Of a DNA stretch of 18,246 nucleotides, positions 7,176-13,900 are shown one piece after another. A program made the translations under genes and the position numbers. This DNA is from an uncultured Gammaproteobacteria bacterium (GTDB lineage: Bacteria > Patescibacteriota > Patescibacteriia > VMEV01 > CAZAJQ01). The DNA lies in NCBI GenBank assembly GCA_964485795.1, contig CAZAJQ010000003.1, positions 51,533 through 69,778 on the forward strand. The letters are read 5' to 3'. The stretch's first letter is position 1; each line of letters opens with the position of its first letter. The notes beneath the pieces were generated by a model, which had not been told where the DNA came from, did no database searches, and saw nothing but the letters and a program-made list of their open reading frames with translations.

Positions 7176-7919
7176 ATGAATATCACAAAAATCACCTCCG
7201 GAGCTATTTTCGCGGTTCTGGTATCGGCCACAGTTTTTGCGGTCCAAACCCATGTGTTTGCCCAATGGATCGAGCCGACATGCAGCGGTCCTTCGTGCGG
7301 CAAGGAAATATTGCGTTCCGATCTTGCGGAGCAGGAGAAAAGGGGCGATTTTCATCTGCTGGGCAATCTCGGAATTAAGACTGAAAATCCTGGCGATGCT
7401 TTTGAAATATTCGGAGGAGGCAATGTCAGCTTGGAAAGCATGAGCATTCCCGGAGCTTTGAAATTTTACAATTCCGTTTCCGATGAATTCGGAAAAATCG
7501 CAGTCACGGACAACGGTTTGTTTTTGGCCGCGGATACGCAAAGATCGGCGGATATTTTTTTGCAAAAAAACGGCTCGGTGGGCATCGGCTCAAATAAACC
7601 TCAAAGCACATTGCATGTGGCCGGATCCATGAAGGTGGTGGACGGAACGCAAGGAGCCAATAAAGTGTTTGTCTCCGACGCGGCCGGGAAGGGAGGGTGG
7701 AAAAATCTCCGTGCCGTCTACTATTGCGGTTATTATTCCGGCGGTCTTTGCGGCGGAGGTACGCAATGCAGCGGTCAATACGCGCTATGGCCCATTTCTT
7801 GCGCGTATCAGGAGTGCGCGGGAGCCGGAGGAGGAGATAAAAAGGGTCCGAGCTTTGGAACACCGGGAAACTGGCTGAACTATGATTGTCCGCAAATAGG
7901 AAATATTGTCGAGCCGTAG
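7176..7919 (+). CDS. Exported fibre-like paralog P2 (247 aa), W-x-E-P-x-C family
   Basis: N-terminus is MNITKITSGAIFAVLVSATVFAVQTHVFA|QWIEPTCSGPSCG. First stalk motif LGNLGIKTENPGDAFEIFG (7359-7415); central motif NGSVGIGSNKPQSTLHVAG (7569-7625); then VFVSDAAGKGGW. The C-terminal ~65 aa carry 7 Cys. Stop is TAG 7917-7919. Confidence 0.8.
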   Translation: MNITKITSGAIFAVLVSATVFAVQTHVFAQWIEPTCSGPSCGKEILRSDLAEQEKRGDFHLLGNLGIKTENPGDAFEIFGGGNVSLESMSIPGALKFYNSVSDEFGKIAVTDNGLFLAADTQRSADIFLQKNGSVGIGSNKPQSTLHVAGSMKVVDGTQGANKVFVSDAAGKGGWKNLRAVYYCGYYSGGLCGGGTQCSGQYALWPISCAYQECAGAGGGDKKGPSFGTPGNWLNYDCPQIGNIVEP

Positions 7920-7921
7920 CT

Positions 7922-8518
7922 ATGGACAGAAAAACGTTGCTCATGATGTTTGGTCTTGAAACGTCTTTGTTCGTCGCCTTTTTCAGCTATATCTGGATAT
8001 TCGCGCCCAAAAGCGGGGATATCACGAGTTTGACCCTCTATCAAAAGGGTTATGAAGATGGAAATTTGGCGGGAACGAAAATCTCGGGAGATGAAAACAG
8101 AAATTCAAATTTTCGCGCTGTCGGGACGGTTGTAAGCGCAGAAAATGGTGAAATGATTTTTGACATCGCACGGCAACCATCGAGCATTCAGGATTTCTCC
8201 GGCGAGCATGCACTTGTTTTGGATGCGAATGTGAAATTTTTTGATATTCTAGTAAAGACGCAAGCGCAGTATGAAAAAGAGACGCAGGCATACTATCAAG
8301 CAATGATTTTTGATAAAAAATTCAGGACGGCTCCGAACGCATTTGATATACTTTCGAGGGATTTGCTACCTGTTGTCGGAGATACCGTTTTGATCGTGTT
8401 TCGCAAAGAAGGCGGGGAAAATCGTATGCTGGAGGGGACGACTATCCCGCAAGCGTATGTTTCAAACGGAGATTTTTTGCAGCAAAGTTTTCAGATCATG
8501 AAAGAGAGTGATCGTTGA
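7922..8518 (+). CDS. N-terminally TM-anchored companion protein C1 (198 aa)
   Basis: ATG 7922 lies 2 nt after the P2 stop. MDRKTLLMMFGLETSLFVAFFSYIWIF is a single TM segment. The beta-rich ectodomain contains NRNSNFRAVGTVVSAENGEMIF ... VGDTVLIVF and aligns by eye with C2. The track start at 7886 overlaps P2 and is rejected. Confidence 0.7.
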   Translation: MDRKTLLMMFGLETSLFVAFFSYIWIFAPKSGDITSLTLYQKGYEDGNLAGTKISGDENRNSNFRAVGTVVSAENGEMIFDIARQPSSIQDFSGEHALVLDANVKFFDILVKTQAQYEKETQAYYQAMIFDKKFRTAPNAFDILSRDLLPVVGDTVLIVFRKEGGENRMLEGTTIPQAYVSNGDFLQQSFQIMKESDR

Positions 8519-8536
8519 TGATGGCCTTCGCCATCA
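8519..8536 (+). other. Perfect 7-bp stem / 4-nt loop hairpin directly after the C1 stop codon
   Basis: TGATGGC (8519-8525), loop CTTC, GCCATCA (8530-8536); all seven pairs are Watson-Crick. No U-tract follows (AAACGTTCC), so it is not a canonical intrinsic terminator. It sits at the boundary between the two three-gene modules. Confidence 0.45.
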
Positions 8537-8567
8537 AACGTTCCGCGTATCGGTTTATCGTAAACCA

Positions 8568-9233
8568 ATGAAAAAAATACTTTTTGATTTTGGAAAATAT
8601 ATCGGCATGTTCGCATTGGGAATCGGCATGGCCGGTATGGTGACTTTGTCGCAAAACGCTTTGGCCGATTGGCGATCGCCGTCTTGCAATCCGCCGGACT
8701 GCGGCGTGGATGCATCAAAGCTCATATCCGTGGAAGGCGGTGGAAACATCGTTGGTGATTTGAAAATACTTGGAAAACTCGGAGTCAAAACCAGTTCCCC
8801 GAAAGCGCGTCTTGATATCTCGCTCGGTGGAGATCTGATTCTGTCCGACGAAGCGCAAAATCCGGGAGACTTGCTTTTTGTCCAAGGAGGGCGTGAGCTG
8901 GCTCGCATTTACGGGGCGTCGGAGAGGATGGTTTTTTCCGCGTATGAAAATCCAAATCAGCTGGTGATTGATCATGCCACGGGAAGAGTCGGAGTGGGAG
9001 TGGCGGTTCCGCAGAGCACGTTGCACATTGCCGGAAGTCTGCGCATCAATAACGGCAGCGAGGGCGCCGGAAAGGTATTGGCCTCGGATGGAGAGGGAAA
9101 TGTTTTTTGGCGATCGACGGACATGCGCGTTTTGTTTTGCCCGACGTATAATCCTCCGTCGATCGTTTTCAGCTCGCTTGGGCTGATTTACTATACCGAA
9201 TGTTCTGAGCGTGGCCATTTGATTTCGCTTTAA
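8568..9233 (+). CDS. Exported fibre-like paralog P3 (221 aa), W-x-S-P-x-C family
   Basis: ATG 8568 gives MKKILFDFGKYIGMFALGIGMAGMVTLSQNALA|DWRSPSCNPPDCG. First stalk motif ILGKLGVKTSSPKARLDISLGG (8766-8831); GDLILSDEAQNPGDLLF aligns with P1 GDLVLSDDGDDPGDVVF; central motif TGRVGVGVAVPQSTLHIAG (8979-9035); then VLASDGEGNVFW. The tail is short, with 2 Cys. Stop is TAA 9231-9233. Confidence 0.8.
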   Translation: MKKILFDFGKYIGMFALGIGMAGMVTLSQNALADWRSPSCNPPDCGVDASKLISVEGGGNIVGDLKILGKLGVKTSSPKARLDISLGGDLILSDEAQNPGDLLFVQGGRELARIYGASERMVFSAYENPNQLVIDHATGRVGVGVAVPQSTLHIAGSLRINNGSEGAGKVLASDGEGNVFWRSTDMRVLFCPTYNPPSIVFSSLGLIYYTECSERGHLISL

Positions 9234-9292
9234 CGATTCGCTGCGGTATACTTGATAAAGAATTTTTTCAATCTCATTTTTCAAATTTGCGT

Positions 9293-10231
9293 ATGCATGT
9301 TTTTCAAAAAGTTTTTTTCGCATTATGGGGAGCGGTTATCAGCGTGGGCATTTTTTTTGTATCGCAAAATCTCATGGCGGCATGGAGTGAACCCGCATGC
9401 GATCCGGGACCAAACCCGGGCGCATGCAACGCTTCAGAGCCCATCAATGTAGGCACCGAAACGCAAAGCAAGGCTGGAAGTTTGGGTGTCATGGGAAATC
9501 TCGGCGTAGGCACCGGTACTCCGTCAGCCAAACTTTTCATCAGCGGAGACACGACCGCGGATTGGAAAAACGCTTCCATATGGATTCAAAATTCCGCGGC
9601 CGGTGGACGGATTTTCGCTATTGCCAGCAGACTGGACAATCCCGGCCAGCCCTATTTGGGCTTTACCGATGAAACCGCCGGGCAGGTGAGGATGTATCTG
9701 GATCAAAACGGCAACGTAGGCATCGGAGGTTATCCGACGAATAAGCTTTCGATCGAAGGAAGTCTTGATATGGCCGCGGGAACGACGATTTACAATCGGG
9801 GTCGCATGCATGTTTTCGGCGAAGAAATACTCTACCTTCTCAATCGAAGCGGAACCGTCGTGAGCAAAGCATGGGGAGGCAATGGAAATCTTTCGGTGGA
9901 AGGCGAAGAGTATGTGAGCGGAAAGTTTAATTTCAATCCTCATACGAATACGTGGGGGTCAAATTTTTATTTCCGCGGTTGGGCCGAGCCGGACAACTGC
10001 TGGCATGTGGGCGGTTATTATGAGGCTCCCTTTCAGTGTATCGGAAATTATATTGACCTCGGACAGCATAGTTTTTGCGCATTGGGGACGGTTTTCAGCG
10101 AACATCTGTACGATCAAGGCGGCGGATCCGCGATTTGCAATGTTTACTTTGACGGGCCCGCCAATACATGGCGTCTCTATGCCACCGAAGGATATGGAGG
10201 CGGAGTCGGTTGCGGGGTGAATTGTTTTTGA
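9293..10231 (+). CDS. Exported fibre-like paralog P4 (312 aa), W-x-E-P-x-C family, with an enlarged C-terminal domain
   Basis: ATG 9293 gives MHVFQKVFFALWGAVISVGIFFVSQNLMA|AWSEPACDPGPNPGAC. PINVGTETQSKAGSLGV follows, then first stalk motif MGNLGVGTGTPSAKLFISG (9491-9547) and central motif NGNVGIGGYPTNKLSIEG (9707-9763). A ~155-aa Gly/aromatic/Cys-rich domain replaces the SD..GN..W head. Stop is TGA 10229-10231. Confidence 0.8.
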   Translation: MHVFQKVFFALWGAVISVGIFFVSQNLMAAWSEPACDPGPNPGACNASEPINVGTETQSKAGSLGVMGNLGVGTGTPSAKLFISGDTTADWKNASIWIQNSAAGGRIFAIASRLDNPGQPYLGFTDETAGQVRMYLDQNGNVGIGGYPTNKLSIEGSLDMAAGTTIYNRGRMHVFGEEILYLLNRSGTVVSKAWGGNGNLSVEGEEYVSGKFNFNPHTNTWGSNFYFRGWAEPDNCWHVGGYYEAPFQCIGNYIDLGQHSFCALGTVFSEHLYDQGGGSAICNVYFDGPANTWRLYATEGYGGGVGCGVNCF

Positions 10232-10236
10232 AACCT

Positions 10237-10743
10237 ATGCCCAAATATTTCGAGCGATTTTTTTCTCATCTTGGAAATTTTTTTATCGGGATGGTGTTTG
10301 TTGTGCTGATATTTGTTTCGGGTATGGTCGTCAACCTTGTTTTGATCAATCCAAAACCCCAGCCGTATTCTTTTGAGATTCGAACCAATAGCGAGATCGT
10401 GAGCACCGCCGGGACGGTGCAGTCGGTGGGGGACAACTTTTTTATCCTTGGTTTCGAACCTCAGCTGCTTTTATCTCAACGTTTTCAGGAGAAAAAACTT
10501 CCGCAGAGTTTGAAGGTGTATTGGGATGAAAACACGGATTTTTTGGAAAATTTCTTATCGACTCAAATATCGATACCAAATCAAAATAACGGATCCGTTC
10601 TGGTGTCATCCCCGCAAAAATTGAGTCACAATGATTTGAAAGCGGGAATTCGTGTGATCGTGAATTTCGGAGAAAATATTTCTGAACAAACCGAAGCAAA
10701 AGCCAAGTCCATTTTTTTTGTAAATACCGGTTCAAAGCCTTGA
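10237..10743 (+). CDS. N-terminally TM-anchored companion protein C2 (168 aa)
   Basis: ATG 10237 lies 5 nt after the P4 stop. MPKYFERFFSHLGNFFIGMVFVVLIFVSGMVVNLVLI is the TM anchor. IRTNSEIVSTAGTVQSVGDNFFI ... AGIRVIVNF aligns by eye with C1. Stop is TGA 10741-10743. The track start at 10168 overlaps P4 and is rejected. Confidence 0.7.
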   Translation: MPKYFERFFSHLGNFFIGMVFVVLIFVSGMVVNLVLINPKPQPYSFEIRTNSEIVSTAGTVQSVGDNFFILGFEPQLLLSQRFQEKKLPQSLKVYWDENTDFLENFLSTQISIPNQNNGSVLVSSPQKLSHNDLKAGIRVIVNFGENISEQTEAKAKSIFFVNTGSKP

Positions 10744-10789
10744 AGAGGCCTTCTTGCCGAAAACGTGACAGCATTTTCCACAAACTCTG

Positions 10790-10818
10790 TTGACACCCTT
10801 TGTCAACGGTGGTATTAT
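10790..10818 (+). promoter_or_regulatory. Strong sigma70-type promoter for rpoBC: TTGACA (10790-10795), 17 nt, TGgTATTAT (10810-10818)
   Basis: A perfect -35, the optimal 17-nt spacer, an extended -10 TG at 10810-10811 and a 5/6 -10 hexamer at 10813-10818. It predicts a ~100-nt leader. A Shine-Dalgarno AAGGGAG at 10915-10921 lies 7 nt before ATG 10929. Confidence 0.65.
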
Positions 10819-10928
10819 GTGGAAAAATCCATGTCCGATTAATATTGGGCTAAGATGAGCCAAAATATCACATAAGTTGGTCCGTCATTAAATACTCGCT
10901 TCCAAAACAGTAAGAAGGGAGAATTTTT

Positions 10929-13900
10929 ATGTTTAAAAAAATTGAACGTAAATACTTTACTGCCCCTCGTGAAGTAGCCCCTTTGCCGGATCTCATCGAA
11001 ATACAGAAAAATTCCTTCCACTGGTTTCTCAAGGAAGGATTGAAAGAACTCTTTGAAGAAATATCTCCGATTACTGATTTTATCGGTCGCGATCTCGAGC
11101 TTTTTTTGGCGGATTATTACCTCGATGAAGCGAAGTTTGACGAAGTGACAAGCAAAAACAAGAATATCACCTATGAAGCGCCTTTGCGCGTGAAGGCCAA
11201 GCTCGTGAACAAACGCACGCATGAGGTGAAGGAGCAGGAAGTGTATTTGGGCGATTTCCCGCTGATGACGGATCGGGGAACGTTCATTGTCAACGGCATT
11301 GAACGCGTGGTGGTCTCGCAGCTCATTCGTTCACCAGGAATATTTTTCACCTCCGATCCAAGTCACGGTCGCAAGTATTACGGCGCCAAGGTGATACCAA
11401 ACCGCGGTGCATGGATCGAGATCGAAACCGATCAAAACGATGAAATTTACGCCAAGATCGATCGCAAACGCAAGGTACCCATTACCGCGCTTTTGCGTGC
11501 GTTCGGATATAGCGCGGACGATGAGATTCGAAGTTTGTTTGCCGATCTTTTTGATACGGAAAACGCTTTGAATTACATCGAAAACACTTTGAAAAAAGAC
11601 GCTTCCAAGAACGAAGAAGATGGCTTGAAGGAAGTGTATAAACGAGTTCGTCCCGGGGATTTGGCCACCACCGACAATGCCCGTTCTCTCATACACGGCA
11701 TGTTTTTCAATTTCAGTCGGTACGATTTCGGACGCGTGGGAAGGTACAAGATCAACGAACGATTCGAAGAAGATTTGCCGATTACAAAAGAAAACCGCGT
11801 TTTGCGCAAAGAAGATTTGATTCATGTGGTGCGCGAAATTATTCGTTTGAATAAAACCCAAGAAGACGCCGATGATATTGATCATCTCGGCAATCGTCGC
11901 GTGCGTGCCATCGGAGAGCTGGTGCAAAACAAATTTCGCATCGGTCTTGCTCGCATGGAGCGCATCGTGAAAGAGCGCATGAGCACCTATGATATTGAGA
12001 CATTGACGCCCAATAAGCTCATCAATGCCCGTCCGATCATCGGAGTCGTGAAGGAATTTTTCATGTCTTCGCAGCTTTCGCAATTCATGGATCAGACCAA
12101 TCCTTTGTCCGAGCTGGAGCATAAGAGACGACTTTCGGCCATGGGGCCGGGAGGATTGTCGCGCGAAAGAGCGGGTTTTGATGTTCGCGACGTGCATACT
12201 TCGCATTACGGACGCATTTGTCCCATTGCCACGCCCGAAGGTCCGAATATCGGACTGGTAGGGCATTTGGCGAGCTATGCGCGGGTCAATGATTATGGGT
12301 TTTTGGAGACGCCGTTTCGAAGAGTGAAGCATGATCCCCGCAATACACCCTCCGAGATTGTCGGCGAAATAGCCCGCGAAGATATTGATCGCGTCGTCAA
12401 AGCCGGCGAGATGATTACCGAAAAAATCGCTCAGAAATTGGCGAAATTGCATAGGGAGACCATTCCCGTGAAAGCGCGCGTCACCGATGAGGTCGCGTAT
12501 CTTACGGCCACGGTTGAAGAGCGCTCGGTCACCACTCCGGCTACAACGGCTCTGGATGAAAAAGGTTACTTTTTGTCTGAAAAGGTGGAAGGTCGCGTGC
12601 ACGGAAAGCCGGGTAAAATCGCTTCCCATCAAGTGGATCTCATGGACGTTTCATCCAAGCAAATTCTTTCGATCGCAACTTCTTTGATACCTTTTGTCGA
12701 GCATGACGATGCGAACCGCGCATTGATGGGCACGAATATGCAACGTCAGGCGGTTCCCTGCGTGGCGCCGAAAGCTCCTCTCGTGGGTACGGGGGTGGAA
12801 GCATTGGCGGCGCAAAATTCCGGACAATTGCTCATGTCCGCCTATGACGGTGAAATCACGGAAGCTGACGCCGCGCATATCGTGATTCGAAAGAAAGACA
12901 ATCATCTGGATACGTTCAAGCTCAAGAAATTTTTGCGATCAAACCATTCCACCTGCATCAATCAGCATGTTTTGGTGACCAAGGGCGACAAGGTGAAAAA
13001 AGGTGATATTTTGGCCGATGGTTCGGCAACCGAGCGTGGAGATTTGGCCTTGGGGCAAAATCTTTTGGGCGCTTTTCTTTCATGGGAGGGGGGGAATTTT
13101 GAAGACGCCATATTGATATCCGAAAGAGTGGTGTATAATGATTATTTTTCATCGGTGCATATTGAAGATTATACCATCGACGTGCGCGATACGAAGCTTG
13201 GCCCGGAGCTGATCACGAGTGATATTCCCAATATCAGCGAAGAACGTCTCAAGGATCTCGACGAAGAAGGTATCATACGTATCGGCGCCAAGGTTTCGTC
13301 CGGTGACATTCTCGTGGGAAAGATCACTCCAAAAGGTGAAACCGAGCTTTCTCCGGAAGAAAAGTTGCTTCGCGTGATTTTCGGAGAAAAGGCAAAAGAC
13401 GTGAGGGATTCATCGCTGTACCTCGAACATGGCGAGCATGGCAAGGTCGTGGACGTGAAAATCTTTTCGCGCGATGCAGGAGACAAACTTCCGACCGGCG
13501 TGATCAAGAGCGTACAGGTTTCCATCGCTCAGCTGCGCAAGATTCAGGTGGGCGACAAAATGGCCGGAAGGCATGGAAATAAAGGTGTGGTGTCGCGCGT
13601 TGTGGCTCTCGAGGATATGCCGTTCATGGAAGACGGACGTCCGCTCGACATTATTTTGAGCCCCTTGGGTGTGATTTCCCGTATGAATCTCGGGCAGATT
13701 TTTGAAATTCATCTGGGTATGGCCGCGCATCATCTCGATTATCACGCCGCCACACCGGTACTCAACGGCATCAGCGAGCAAACCATCAAAGACGAATTGG
13801 TGAAAGCCGGGTTTGGCACTTCCGGACAAATGAAGCTCATCGACGGCAGGTCGGGAGAGCATTTTGACAATCCTTCCACGGTGGGATTCGTGTACATGCT

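Noticed and set aside
9247-9280. Internal promoters upstream of P4 (TATACT at 9247-9252; TTGATA at 9252-9257 with CATTTT as the -10)
   Set aside because: Each has only one decent hexamer and a poor partner (3/6 matches). This is not distinguishable from chance in AT-rich intergenic DNA.
6379-10231. P1-P4 as type IV pilins/pseudopilins or as lipoproteins
   Set aside because: Type IV pilins have a short charged leader, G|F/M-x-x-x-E, and then the hydrophobic helix. Here the hydrophobic segment comes first and the conserved motif follows it, with no Gly-Phe...Glu signature. There is also no lipobox: the first Cys is about 7 residues after the likely cleavage site and is not preceded by L-[AS]-[GA].
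1461-10236. Upstream-extended starts in the ORF track (1461, 2183, 3266, 4507, 6346, 7886, 8508, 9287, 10168)
   Set aside because: Each extension overlaps the preceding gene, falls inside a promoter hexamer (2183), or adds non-signal-like residues ahead of a canonical signal peptide or TM segment. Several use TTG/GTG. Internal ATGs (1509, 2195, 3284, 4561, 6379, 7922, 8568, 9293, 10237) give sensible N-termini.
10741-10760. Rho-independent terminator after C2, and likewise after ruvA, P1 and rpoC
   Set aside because: Only a 4-bp stem (AAGA/TCTT) is possible after C2 and no U-tract follows. No GC-rich hairpin plus T-run was seen in the other gaps either. Termination signals cannot be supported from the sequence.
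11331-12632. 433-aa ORF on the minus strand inside rpoB; similarly 15011-15919 (302 aa) inside rpoC
   Set aside because: Both are antisense to unmistakable rpoB/rpoC coding sequence and have no recognisable motifs. Long antisense ORFs are expected opposite long, codon-biased genes.
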